64,000 bases of DNA from Myxococcota bacterium. Lineage in GTDB: Bacteria > Myxococcota_A > UBA9042 > PHBI01 > JAWLBL01. Position numbers and translations under genes: made by a program. Positions 10,601 to 19,754 of the stretch are shown one piece after another (the stretch's first letter is position 1; every line of letters begins with the position of its first letter). The stretch is from assembly GCA_041687695.1 (NCBI GenBank), contig JAWLBL010000008.1, positions 64,001 to 128,000 of the forward strand, written 5' to 3'. Under the pieces are notes generated by a model. The model was not told where the DNA came from and did not search any database. It saw only the letters and a program-made list of their open reading frames with translations.

Positions 10601-13600
10601 TTGAACACCTCCTGCTGCAGCAGGGCGATGTTGCGGCACGCCTCGACGCGCTGCTCGTCGTTGGTCGCCGCGCCGTAGCTGCGCTCGAAGACGTCGACCA
10701 GCTTCGCCCAGTCGTTGCGCTCGCCGTAGATGCCCTGCAGCGCCTCGATGGCCACCGCGTTGTTCGGGTCGACCGCCAGGACATCCTCGTAGACGCCGAT
10801 GGCCTCGTCGATCTCGCCCAGGTTGCCTTCGAGGATCTGCGCGACGCGCAGCTTCAGCTCGCTCTCGCGCTGCGGCTCGACCCGCGAGACCCGCTCGAGG
10901 ACGTCGATGAGCGCGCGCCAGTCGCCGCGCTCGGTGTGCAGCCGCTCGAGCGCGCCGAGCGCCTCGCGGTTGCTCTCGTCGACCTCGCAGATGGCCTCGT
11001 ACGCGCCGACGGCCCGCTCACGGTCGCCGATGTTGTGCTCGAAGACCTCGGCCGCGCTCGACAGCAGGACCACCTTCTCCTGGTAGTCCATCGTCACGTA
11101 GCTGAGGCGCTGCAGCACGTCGACGAGCTTCTCGAACTGCTCCAGATCGATGTTCAGGTCGACCAGCGCGCGCAGCGCAGGCTCGCTGTCCTCGGCGTGC
11201 TCGAGCACGCGCTCGAAGTAGGCCGCGGCGCTCGCCGGGTCCTGCAGCTTGTCGCGCTGCACGTAGGCGGCCTTCAGCATCGCGTCGAGGGCCGCGTCCG
11301 GATCGAGGTGCTCGATGACCCGGTCGTAGATGGCCAGCATCTCGGGCCACAGGCCCGTCAGCTCGGCCAGCCGCGCCAGCTCGCTCAGGACGTGCGGCTC
11401 CTCGGGCGCCTCGTCGATGGCCGACTCGAGGACCATGAACGCCCCGTCGGCCTGGCCGAGCTTGTGCTCGTAGAGGCCGGCCAGCCGCTGGAGGTTCATC
11501 AGGCGATCTTCCATGTCGCCCAGATGCGCGTTGCGGCTCGTCAGCAGCTGCGCCAGATCCGCCCACTGCTCGAAGGCCTCGTAGATCGCCTCGAGCCGCT
11601 GGCTCGCCTCGACGTTGTCGGGGGCGTGCGTCAGGATCTCGACGTAGGTCCCGGCGGCGGCCGCCTGGTCCTGCAGGCGCTCCTCCTGGATGGACGCCAT
11701 GTGCAGCCAGGTCTCGATCTGCTGCGCCGCGTCCTCGGTGTAGCCCAGCTTCACCCGGTACAGCTCGACCAGATCCGCCCAGCGCTCCTCGGACTCGTAC
11801 AGGTTCTCGAGGTTCTCGATGGCGTCGGGCGCCCCGGGGGCCAGCTCCAGCACCGCCCGCCACGCGTCGATGCCCGCGGGCCGGTCGCCCAGCGGCTCGG
11901 TCCGCAGCTCGGCCAGCTCGCGCCACAGCGCGACCTGCGCCTCGACGTCGTAGTGGCCGCTCTCGAGCCGCGCCTCGATGCACCCGGCCAGCGCCTCGTG
12001 CGCGTAGTTGTCGCGGTAGATGACGTGCAGCGCCTCGAGGGTCTCGGCGTCGAACGCGTCCTCGGCCCGCGCCTTCTCCCAGTACATCTGCGCCTGCAGC
12101 CCGTCCTCGAGCTGCTGCTGCCAGGTGCGGCCGATGCGCTTGAACAGATCCAGCCGCCGCGCGGCGTCGCCCTGGCCCATCGCCAGCTCGCGCTCGTACG
12201 CCTCGACCAGCCCGTTCCAGTCCTCCTGGCCCTCGCGCAGCCGCTGCAGCTGCTGGACGGCCTCGAAGCTCTGCGGCGTGACCGCGAGCACGTCCTCCCA
12301 CAGGTTGATGGCGTCCTCGACCTTGCCGAGGCACACCTCGGCGATCTCGGCCATGTCCGCCATGTAGCCGGCGCGCTCGGCGTCGTCGCCCGTCGTCTCC
12401 GACAGCTGCTGGAGGATCTCGAACAGGGCGGGCCAGTTCTCGTCCTCGTGGTACATCGTGCGCAGCGCCTGCAGCGCCTCGCCGTGCGTGTCGTTGATGT
12501 CGAGCACGCGCTTCCAGGCGTCGATGGCGTCCTCGCGGCGCCCCAGGCGGTCGCGGTACAGCTCGGCGAGCCGCACCAGCAGCTTCATGCGCTCGTCGTC
12601 GAACTCGGCGACGTCGGCCTCGCGGGCCAGCACGCCCTCGAGATCCTCCCAGCGCTCGGCGGCGACGTAGATGCGGTCCAGCGCCTGCAGCGCCGGGAAG
12701 TTCTCGCCGTCCTGGCCCAGGATGAGCAGGTAGACGCGCTCGGCCTCGGCGATGTCACCCAGGCGATCGCGCGTGATGGCGGCCGCGCGGCCCCACAGCT
12801 CGACCCGGCGCTCGTCGTCCTGCACGGCGTCGGCGCCGTCCATCAGGATGACCTTCACCTCGTCCCAGCGGTCGGTCTCCTCGGCGAGCGTGCGCAGCTG
12901 GACCAGCAGGCCCTCGTCCTCGGGGTCGAGGCGGAAGGCGTGGCCGAACCAGGCGATGGCCTCGGGCTTGCTGCCCAGGCGCTCGAGGTTCAGCTCGGCC
13001 AGCTGCCGCATGATCTGCAGGCGGTCGAGCGGGTCCTCGAGGACCTCGAGCTTGAGCTCGAGCAGCCCGTGCAGCTCCTCCCAGGCCCCGCGGCCCGTGT
13101 AGATGGGCTCCAGGCGCTCGGCGATGTCCAGGCGGTGGACGCCCGCCACGTACAGGCGCTGCAGCTCGGCGATCGCGTCCTCGGACTGCTCGTCGAGGTA
13201 CAGGACCTCCATGTAGGCGTCGAAGGCCCCGTCGGTGTCCTCGAGGCAGGCCTCGCAGACCTGCGCGAGCTTGAAGAGGAAGCCCATCTTCTCGGCGGGC
13301 TCGGTCTGCGTCTCGATCTGCTGGCGCAGCACCTCGACCAGCGGCTCGTACTGGCCCTGGGCCTCGTACAGGGCGTGCAGCCGCGCCAGGACCTCCTGGT
13401 GATCCGGGTAGTCCTCGAAGATCTTCTTGTAGACGTCGGTCGCGCGCGCCGCGTCCTGGACGCGGTCCATCAGCAGCGCGCCGGTCTTGAGGCGCAGCCG
13501 CTGCGCGAGCAGCTCGTCGTCGGTGTCCTCGGCGCCGGCCGCGTACAGCGCGACCAGGGCCTCGATCATCTCGTGCTCGTCGGCCAGCCGCTCGAGCTCG

Positions 13601-16600
13601 GCCACCGTCGTCGGGTGCTGCCGGTCCAGCTCGAAGGCGCGCGCCTGCGCCTCGAAGGCCCGCGTCGCGTCGAACAGGCGCTTTTCGGCCAGCTGCGCCA
13701 TCTGGTGCAGCGTCTCGACCTTGCGGAACGGGTCGTCCGACTGGTGCGCCGCGATGATCTCGTACTGCTGCCACAGCGGCTCGAAGGCGTTCATCTCGGC
13801 CAGGACCGGGCGCAGCACCTCGAAGGCGGCCTCGCGCTCGTCGCGGCTCTCGATGATGGCCTCGAGCGACGCGATGGCGCCCTCGTGGCCGGGCACGCGG
13901 CCCAGCAGCTCGCCGTAGGCGGCGATGGCCTGGCGCGGATCGCCCAGGCGCTCGTCGTCCTCGAACAGCTTGGCGACGCGGAACTGCGCCTCGGCCCAGC
14001 CGGCCTCGTCGAGCAGCGCCTGCATCTTCTGCAGGACGTCCAGCAGGTTGAACCAGTCCTCCTGCCGCGTGTACAGCCCGTCCAGCTCGTGCAGGGCGCC
14101 CAGCTCGGCCGGATCCCACTCGAGGATCATCCGCCAGGTCATGACGGCGTCGTCGAGGCTCTCCTGCTTGCCGGCCTGCACGTGGCCCATGAGCGACGCG
14201 TAGTACTTGCGCGTGTCGAGGTCGGCCGCCCGCTCGATCTTCTGGCGGTATACGCCGATGAGCTGCTCCCAGTCCTCGACCCGCTCGTACAGCCCCTCGA
14301 GGGCCTCGAGGGCCAGATCGCCCGTCGTGTCGAGGTTATGCAGCGTCTCGTAGATCTCGATGGCGCTCTCGGGCGCGTCGAGCACGGTCGCGCTCAGCTC
14401 GCCGGCCTCGGCGTACAGGGCCTGCTTGTCGGCCATGTCGCCGACCATCGGCGCCTTGACCAGCAGCATCTCGACCAGCTTGTCCGAGCGCTCGAGCTGG
14501 CGGTACAGCGCGACGAGGGCCTCGATGGCCGGCATGTCGCCCGGATCGAGCTCGAGGATGGCGCGCAGGTGCGCCTCGGCGCCCTCGACGTCGTGCGTCG
14601 TGTCGCGGCACAGGCTGGCGATGGTGCGGTGCGTCTCTCGGCGCCGGTAGTCGTCGTCGATGTCGTCGACCAGCCCCTTGAGCGACAGCACCAGCTCGCC
14701 GTGGTTGCCCAGCACGTCGGCGAGGCGCAGCAGGTGCGACAGCGTCCCCTCGCTGGCCGGATCGAGCGCGGCGGCCGCCAGGTAGTGCTCGAAGGCGGCG
14801 TCGGGGCGCTCGCCCATCGCCTCGTACAGATCGGCGATCTTGTAGCGCCAGTCGACCTTCTCGAAGACGTCGTCCGAGGCGGCCTCGCGGACCGTGTAGA
14901 CGTCGATGAGCTTCACCCAGTCGCCGACGCGGTCGTAGTAGGGCTGCAGGATGGGCGCGATGGCCGGGGCGTGCTCGGGCGCCTCGAACAGGCGCTCCAG
15001 GGCCTCGACCGTGCCCATGTGCTCGGGCTCGAGGGTCAGGTTCTCGGCGTAGAGCGAGATGGCCGTCGCCACGTCCTCGAGCACGGTCTCGTGCAGGCTG
15101 GCGAGGCGCGTCTGGTAGACCACGTGCCGCGGCACGTCGCCGCGGACCAGGTTGATGGCGTCCTCGAGGATCTGCGCCAGCTCGGTCCACTGCTCGGTCG
15201 CCGTGTACAGCTCGTCGAGCCGCAGCAGGGCGTCCATGTTGCCGGGGACCAGGTCCAGCGCCTCGCGCGCCGCGACCACGGCCTCGTCGTGCTTGCCAAG
15301 CCCGTCGCGCAGCAGATCGCTGGTCCGGAACAGGTACTGCAGCTTCTGCTCGACGTCCTGGCTCAGCTCGATCTTGCGGCGGTAGATGTCGAGCAGATCC
15401 TCGGAGCGGTCGAGCGCCGCGTAGATGCCCTCGAGCGCGTCGATGGCCTCCTTGTGCTCGGGCTCCTCGTCGAGGACCTTGTGGTAGAACTGCCGCGCGT
15501 GCTCGAGGTCCTGCTCGCGGCGGTGGTAGGCGCGCGCCACCTCGAGCTTGATCGCCAGGCGCGCCAGCGGGTCGCCCGCCTCCTCGGCGTGCTCGGCGTA
15601 CAGCGCGATGAGGGCCGGCCAGCGCTCGAGCTGCGCGGTCAGGCGCTGGAACTCGCCGCGCACGTCGGCGCGGTGCGGCTCGTGGGCGAACCAGCGGCCG
15701 TAGGTGCGCCAGGCGAGATCCAGGTCGTCCAGCGAGCTCTTGTACAGATCGGCCAGGCGCTCGAGCAGCGAGACCTGCTCGTAGACGTCCTCGTCGGCCG
15801 CCGCGGCCAGCAGCTGGATCTCGAAGACCTCGGCCAGGCGCGCCCACTCGGCGCGGTCGCGGTAGACCGGCTCGAGGATGCGGGTGATGCGCAGGCGCTC
15901 GTCCTCGTCGGCGAGCAGCTCTTCCAGGCGCGCGACCGACTCGAGGTGCTGCGCGTCGTGACGCAGCGCCGCCTCGTAGTGATCGACCGCGACGCGCACG
16001 CCCTCGGCGTCGGGCTGCACGCCGTAGGCCAGCATGCCCAGCTCGCACTCGAGGTCGGCCAGGACCACGGCGTGCGCGCCCTGGGCGGCCAGGATGTCGC
16101 GCTTGCGCTCGAGGACCTCGCGCAGCGGCGCCCACCGCTGCTGCTCGAGCTGGATGGCGATGAGCGCGTCGTGGACCCGCGTCTCGTCCGGGAAGTCGTC
16201 CAGCATCTCCCGGTAGATGGCCTCGGCCTCCTCGGCCTGCCCCAGCGCCTCGCGCCAGACCGCCGCCAGCTGGAACAGCGTCTCCTTGCGCTCGTCGCCG
16301 CCCTGCGCGATGCGCAGCTGCTTGTCGTAGACGACGATCAGCTGGTCCCACGCGCCCAGGTCCCGGTACAGCCCCTCGAGCGCGGCCAGCGCGGCCCGGT
16401 TGCCGTCGTCGAGCTCGACGACGCGGTTGAAGAAGGTCAGCGCCGTCTCGGCGAGGCCCACGTGGTCGCGGTAGACGTGGCCGATCTCCAGCAGGACGCC
16501 GACCTTGTGGCCCTCGTCCTCGATGAGGTCGACCGTCTCCTGCAGGACCATCACGTAGCTGTCCCAGTTGCCCGACGCCTCGGCGAGGCGGCGCAGCTCG

Positions 16601-18483
16601 GGGTGCAGCGACACGGCGTTCGGCGACTCCTGGACCGCCTGCACGTAGGCGAAGAAGGCCGAGTCGACGTCCGAGAGGTGCTGCTCCTGGACCTCGGCCA
16701 GCGCGAGCAGGAGCTGCTGGCGCTCGGCGCGGTCCTCGGTCGCCTCGAGCACGATGTCGTAGACGTTGGGCAGCTCGGCCCACGACCCGACCTCGCGGTA
16801 GATCGGCACCATCATGCGCGCGGCGCCCGCGTGGCGCGGCTCGATCTCGAGCACGGACTCGAGGTTCTTGACGGCGCGGCGCGTGTCGCCCAGCTCGTCT
16901 TGCCACACCGCCGCCGCCTTGAAGAGCAGCGTCGTCGTCTCGGCCGGATCCTCGAGGCTCTTGGCCTGCGACTCGAGCGTGCGGACCCAGTCCTGCGCCG
17001 AGGCGTAGGTCCGGAAGAACCACTCGAGGTTGTCCCAGTCGCGCTCGGCCGTGTACTTCTTCTTGAGTTCGGCCTGCGCCTTGCGGTGCTCGGCGTCGAG
17101 CTCGAGCACGCGGCGCCAGACCTCGGCGGCGCGCGCGTCGTCCTCGAGGCGCGACGAGTAGACCTGGCCCAGCTTCTCGAGCAGCGCCACCTTGTCGGGG
17201 GCGAAGTCGCTCAGCTCGGCGCGGCGGTCGAGGATGCGGGCGAGGTCCTCGAAGCTCTTCTCGCGCTCGTAGAGCGTCTCGAGCTCACCCAGGGCCTCGG
17301 CGTGGTCGGGGTCGATGGTGAGGACCCGCTCCCACAGCGCGATGGGCGTCTGCGGCTTGCGGATGCGCTCGGAGGCCAGCTTGGCCAGCTTGATGTAGGC
17401 CGCGTCGCGATCGGCGCCCTCGGGCAGCAGGCCGACCTCGCGCTCGGCGACGACGATGTAGCTGTCCCAGTCGTGCCGGCTCTCGTAGATCTCTTTGAGG
17501 ACGTCGATGCCCTTGCGGTTGGTCGGATCGATCTCGAGGATGGCCTCGTAGCTCTTGATGGCCTCGCTCGAGTTGTTGAACTTGTCGAGCATGATGGTGG
17601 CGACGCGCTCGTGCAGCGCGATCACCTGCGCCGTTTCGGCCTCGTGCTCGATCTTCTGCTTGAGCACCTTGACCAGATCCGGCCACCGCTTCATCTCGTC
17701 GTACTCGGCGGCGAGCGCGTCGAGCGCCTGCGTGTTGCCGGGCTCGAGCTCGAGGATCGCCTGCCAGGACCCGACCACCTTCGACGCCGCGTTGAGGTGC
17801 GTCTTGAAGATGTCGATCATCTCGAGGTGCAGCGCGATGGCCTCGCTCACCTGATCCGCGCCGAGGCGGCCCAGGTTGTTCTTGAGCAGATCCACCATCG
17901 CGTGCCACTTGCCGACCTCGGCGAACAGGCGCCGCAGCGCGCCCTCGGCCTCGAGATCGTTCGGGTCCGCGGTGTACACGGCCTGCCAGAAGCCGACCGC
18001 CTTGTCCGGCTTGCCCCGCTCCTCGGCGAGGCGGGCGAGGACGCGCTTGCACTCGACCGGGTCCTCGATGCCGCCCATCTGCGGCTCGCTCAGGAACTGC
18101 TCGAGGCGCCGCCAGTTGTCCTGCTCGACGTAGAAGTCGATGTAGAACTCGCGCAGCAGCGACGGATCGCTGGGCGCGCTCTTCATCTTGCGGAACATCA
18201 TCTCGGCCTTCTGGGCCGAGTCGAACGCCTTCCACAGCAGCAGGCCGTTCTGGTAGTGCAGGTAGGACGCGACGTCGTCGTCCTTGGCCGTGCGCGCCTG
18301 CTGCGCCAGGATCTGGAACAGGCGGCTGGCCTCGCCCTCGGGCGCCCACTCGGGCAGCGAGGCGTAGAGGCTCCCCAGGGTGCCCTGGTCGTTCTCCGTG
18401 ACCAGGTGTTTCACCAACGCTTCGAAAGCCTTGTGATCCGTAGGGTTGGCTTTGAAGGCTTCGAAGAGCTCGGTAGTGCTCAT
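7663..18483 (-). CDS. Giant tetratricopeptide-repeat protein (3606 aa), AgmK/GltI-like architecture
   Basis: Continuous acidic helical repeats (ALDALEGLY...W..L, A..Y..IL..DP) with a distinct C-terminal domain; GAGGGGA RBS; strong codon bias. Resembles myxobacterial giant TPR proteins. Confidence 0.85.
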   Translation of the reverse strand: MSTTELFEAFKANPTDHKAFEALVKHLVTENDQGTLGSLYASLPEWAPEGEASRLFQILAQQARTAKDDDVASYLHYQNGLLLWKAFDSAQKAEMMFRKMKSAPSDPSLLREFYIDFYVEQDNWRRLEQFLSEPQMGGIEDPVECKRVLARLAEERGKPDKAVGFWQAVYTADPNDLEAEGALRRLFAEVGKWHAMVDLLKNNLGRLGADQVSEAIALHLEMIDIFKTHLNAASKVVGSWQAILELEPGNTQALDALAAEYDEMKRWPDLVKVLKQKIEHEAETAQVIALHERVATIMLDKFNNSSEAIKSYEAILEIDPTNRKGIDVLKEIYESRHDWDSYIVVAEREVGLLPEGADRDAAYIKLAKLASERIRKPQTPIALWERVLTIDPDHAEALGELETLYEREKSFEDLARILDRRAELSDFAPDKVALLEKLGQVYSSRLEDDARAAEVWRRVLELDAEHRKAQAELKKKYTAERDWDNLEWFFRTYASAQDWVRTLESQAKSLEDPAETTTLLFKAAAVWQDELGDTRRAVKNLESVLEIEPRHAGAARMMVPIYREVGSWAELPNVYDIVLEATEDRAERQQLLLALAEVQEQHLSDVDSAFFAYVQAVQESPNAVSLHPELRRLAEASGNWDSYVMVLQETVDLIEDEGHKVGVLLEIGHVYRDHVGLAETALTFFNRVVELDDGNRAALAALEGLYRDLGAWDQLIVVYDKQLRIAQGGDERKETLFQLAAVWREALGQAEEAEAIYREMLDDFPDETRVHDALIAIQLEQQRWAPLREVLERKRDILAAQGAHAVVLADLECELGMLAYGVQPDAEGVRVAVDHYEAALRHDAQHLESVARLEELLADEDERLRITRILEPVYRDRAEWARLAEVFEIQLLAAAADEDVYEQVSLLERLADLYKSSLDDLDLAWRTYGRWFAHEPHRADVRGEFQRLTAQLERWPALIALYAEHAEEAGDPLARLAIKLEVARAYHRREQDLEHARQFYHKVLDEEPEHKEAIDALEGIYAALDRSEDLLDIYRRKIELSQDVEQKLQYLFRTSDLLRDGLGKHDEAVVAAREALDLVPGNMDALLRLDELYTATEQWTELAQILEDAINLVRGDVPRHVVYQTRLASLHETVLEDVATAISLYAENLTLEPEHMGTVEALERLFEAPEHAPAIAPILQPYYDRVGDWVKLIDVYTVREAASDDVFEKVDWRYKIADLYEAMGERPDAAFEHYLAAAALDPASEGTLSHLLRLADVLGNHGELVLSLKGLVDDIDDDYRRRETHRTIASLCRDTTHDVEGAEAHLRAILELDPGDMPAIEALVALYRQLERSDKLVEMLLVKAPMVGDMADKQALYAEAGELSATVLDAPESAIEIYETLHNLDTTGDLALEALEGLYERVEDWEQLIGVYRQKIERAADLDTRKYYASLMGHVQAGKQESLDDAVMTWRMILEWDPAELGALHELDGLYTRQEDWFNLLDVLQKMQALLDEAGWAEAQFRVAKLFEDDERLGDPRQAIAAYGELLGRVPGHEGAIASLEAIIESRDEREAAFEVLRPVLAEMNAFEPLWQQYEIIAAHQSDDPFRKVETLHQMAQLAEKRLFDATRAFEAQARAFELDRQHPTTVAELERLADEHEMIEALVALYAAGAEDTDDELLAQRLRLKTGALLMDRVQDAARATDVYKKIFEDYPDHQEVLARLHALYEAQGQYEPLVEVLRQQIETQTEPAEKMGFLFKLAQVCEACLEDTDGAFDAYMEVLYLDEQSEDAIAELQRLYVAGVHRLDIAERLEPIYTGRGAWEELHGLLELKLEVLEDPLDRLQIMRQLAELNLERLGSKPEAIAWFGHAFRLDPEDEGLLVQLRTLAEETDRWDEVKVILMDGADAVQDDERRVELWGRAAAITRDRLGDIAEAERVYLLILGQDGENFPALQALDRIYVAAERWEDLEGVLAREADVAEFDDERMKLLVRLAELYRDRLGRREDAIDAWKRVLDINDTHGEALQALRTMYHEDENWPALFEILQQLSETTGDDAERAGYMADMAEIAEVCLGKVEDAINLWEDVLAVTPQSFEAVQQLQRLREGQEDWNGLVEAYERELAMGQGDAARRLDLFKRIGRTWQQQLEDGLQAQMYWEKARAEDAFDAETLEALHVIYRDNYAHEALAGCIEARLESGHYDVEAQVALWRELAELRTEPLGDRPAGIDAWRAVLELAPGAPDAIENLENLYESEERWADLVELYRVKLGYTEDAAQQIETWLHMASIQEERLQDQAAAAGTYVEILTHAPDNVEASQRLEAIYEAFEQWADLAQLLTSRNAHLGDMEDRLMNLQRLAGLYEHKLGQADGAFMVLESAIDEAPEEPHVLSELARLAELTGLWPEMLAIYDRVIEHLDPDAALDAMLKAAYVQRDKLQDPASAAAYFERVLEHAEDSEPALRALVDLNIDLEQFEKLVDVLQRLSYVTMDYQEKVVLLSSAAEVFEHNIGDRERAVGAYEAICEVDESNREALGALERLHTERGDWRALIDVLERVSRVEPQRESELKLRVAQILEGNLGEIDEAIGVYEDVLAVDPNNAVAIEALQGIYGERNDWAKLVDVFERSYGAATNDEQRVEACRNIALLQQEVFKDAEQAAEAFQRILYIVPDDAEAIEALERIFAETSRWDDLVDLYEKKRGVAQTAEERAQALMAMAAVYRDQIGDLDSAIGSYERALSEAPGHRPALDALRDLYREQGLWEQLIGTLDRTLAVESGHEERLALHCEQGSVRRDELNDAFGAAEHYKQALAEWPGHPQPVQALIDLYSYEERFDLVLETLEHKLQHAQDDVARADVHVELASLFRDKLHDEGRALEHLELSVQANPESEETLWPLADHYMATRNWTKAMPLLDVLVDKLDARGDRERLAQVHKRLGQCAEAVYDDDRALDEYSAAVEHASPDKETLRGLARLHFKKQNYSEALRYYQQVIDTYGSELSDEDFVLLYLNLGESALKLGRISVAQTYLSRVIQHQPNNAGAIERIVEVLEAHGDWAGAISYMQQLLALKSEPLAKFNIQLKIADIFRDNLRQPDKAVEAYQKAVGYGNFSKAPLMQLVQVHIERRNFDEAIRWINKIIEIEEDAGRKSTWAYTAAVTYRDEVGDRESAIKYLNLTLDYNIEKLEAFRAIDELLTHAKEWKPLEQNYRRMLQRVQKAGASWPKYGAVNFMLYRNLGEIYRSRLKRTDYAISAFELARKIKPDDEAIHEILAGLYESTPDQLDKAVEEHRYLIRQHPDRFDSYHKLVELYKRMKAYDKAWVMAGLLVALNRAEPDEERFYRDHQSAAVAETNRIVDATAMSQLVASQQEDPYLGQVFAILYASLYKSLPLKQLKEHGLKKKDRIDLSEGLLICSVINSVCRILGLQPPEVYRSSTRMGIEILDTQPPVLSIGPDMLQGKGEKDLAFHLARRLMYLTNTHIMAALFQREQLDIMFMAAEALIDPSYKLQLQADMPDELKMQIAQQVGETRAALDKDITPQNRTQLAQVIAEMKQSGRVPHIGLWHRQVELTAIHAALLVCDDVELAGHLLREEVAGTSKLKKADKLKDLVMYAMSDQYLSLRQYMGIQIEYSEMFE

Positions 18484-18622
18484 GTATCCCCTCGACGACC
18501 CGCGATGCGACGAACGACCCGAGACTGGTCAGCCCGGAAGGTCGCTAAGTCACTCGGAAAAGCGGCCCTTCCGGGGGCAGTCCGGGTCATAGCACAGCCC
18601 TGACGGGATTCCAACCGCACCC

Positions 18623-18655
18623 CCGGTTACGACGGCTTGCAAAGGTCGTAACCGG
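18623..18655. promoter_or_regulatory. Perfect 11-bp inverted repeat (hairpin or operator) between serine hydrolase and giant TPR gene
   Basis: ccggttacgac-N11-gtcgtaaccgg; no clear U-tract on either strand. Confidence 0.5.
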
Positions 18656-18686
18656 AAGGATACGCGGCGCGCCCCGTCGGCCCGGA

Positions 18687-19754
18687 TCAGGGTAGGCCCA
18701 GCAGATCCCGCACCGCGTCGTGGAACCAGGGCCGGAAGGCCTTGATCCCGACCTCGCTCCCCGGGCCGCGATCGACGCGGTTGGTCAGCAGGACCACGAC
18801 CAGCCGGTGGCGGCGGTCGATCCAGACGCTGGTCCCCGTGAAGCCCAGGTGGCCGATCGCGTCCAGCGGCACGCGGGTGCCGGCCGAGCTGGCGCCGGGC
18901 GAGGGCAGCGTCCAGCCGAGGACCCACGGCGCGTCGTGCGGGCGCGCGGCGGGATCCCAGAAGGCGCGCAAGGTGGCGCCGAGCGGGTCGCCGGGCGTCT
19001 CGGTGCGGCGCTCGAGATCGAGCGCCCAGGCGCCCACGGCCTCGGCCGTCGCGAACAGGCCGGCGTGCCCGGCGACGCCGCCCAGCGCCCAGGCGTTGAG
19101 ATCGTTGACCTCGCCGAACAGCCGCCGGCCGCGCCGTGGACACACGCCGGTCGGCGCGTAGCGGGCCGGATCCGCGGGCGGCGCGACCCCGCCGAAGTGA
19201 CCGCGAAAGCCCACGCGATCGCGAACCAGCGCGGGCAGCGGGCGGCCCAGGGCGCGCTCGAGGTGCCAGCCGAGCAGGATGTAACCGAGATCGCTGTAGA
19301 CGACGCCGCGGGACGGGTCGGCCTGCCGGGCAAGGGCCGAGACGCGGGCCTCGATGACGGACCGCGTCTCGGGGGCGCCGGGCGTCCAGGCGCCGAACGT
19401 GGCGTCGAGGTGGGCGGGCAGGTCGTCGAGGGCGGGCAGGCCGGAGGTGTGGCCCAGCAGCGCGCGCACCGTCAGGCCGGCCCCGGACGGGTGGGCGCAG
19501 GGGGCGTCCAGGTCGAGCGCGCCCTCGCTGGCGAGCTGGGCGACGAGCGTGCCGACGGCGACGGGCTTGGTCAGCGACGCCAGATCGAACCAGGTCTCCG
19601 GGTGGGCGGCCCCGGCGGCGGCCACGGCGCGCGGGGTCCCAGCCTGGGCCACGAAGGCCGAGGCGGCGGGGAAGGCGCCGTCGGCCACGCCCCGGGCGAG
19701 CAGGGCGGCCAGCTCGCGGGACAGGGGCGCGTCGTGCGCGGGCGGCGTCGTCAC
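18687..19754 (-). CDS. Serine hydrolase, beta-lactamase/AmpC-like family
   Basis: FDLASLTK (SxxK), LLGHTSGLP, YSDLGY, GHAGLF and GHLGFTGT motifs. GTG start overlaps the upstream stop (GTGA). Confidence 0.85.
   Translation of the reverse strand: MTTPPAHDAPLSRELAALLARGVADGAFPAASAFVAQAGTPRAVAAAGAAHPETWFDLASLTKPVAVGTLVAQLASEGALDLDAPCAHPSGAGLTVRALLGHTSGLPALDDLPAHLDATFGAWTPGAPETRSVIEARVSALARQADPSRGVVYSDLGYILLGWHLERALGRPLPALVRDRVGFRGHFGGVAPPADPARYAPTGVCPRRGRRLFGEVNDLNAWALGGVAGHAGLFATAEAVGAWALDLERRTETPGDPLGATLRAFWDPAARPHDAPWVLGWTLPSPGASSAGTRVPLDAIGHLGFTGTSVWIDRRHRLVVVLLTNRVDRGPGSEVGIKAFRPWFHDAVRDLLGLP

Noticed and set aside
7810..18603. 3597 aa plus-strand ORF antisense to the giant TPR gene
   Set aside because: Codon-aligned antisense shadow. 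In high-GC genes the codons TTA, CTA and TCA are rare, so the reverse frame lacks stops. No recognisable motifs.
18687..19754. Antibiotic-resistance beta-lactamase
   Set aside because: No signal peptide, YSD variant motif and linkage to LD-carboxypeptidase suggest a cytoplasmic esterase or peptidoglycan-recycling hydrolase.
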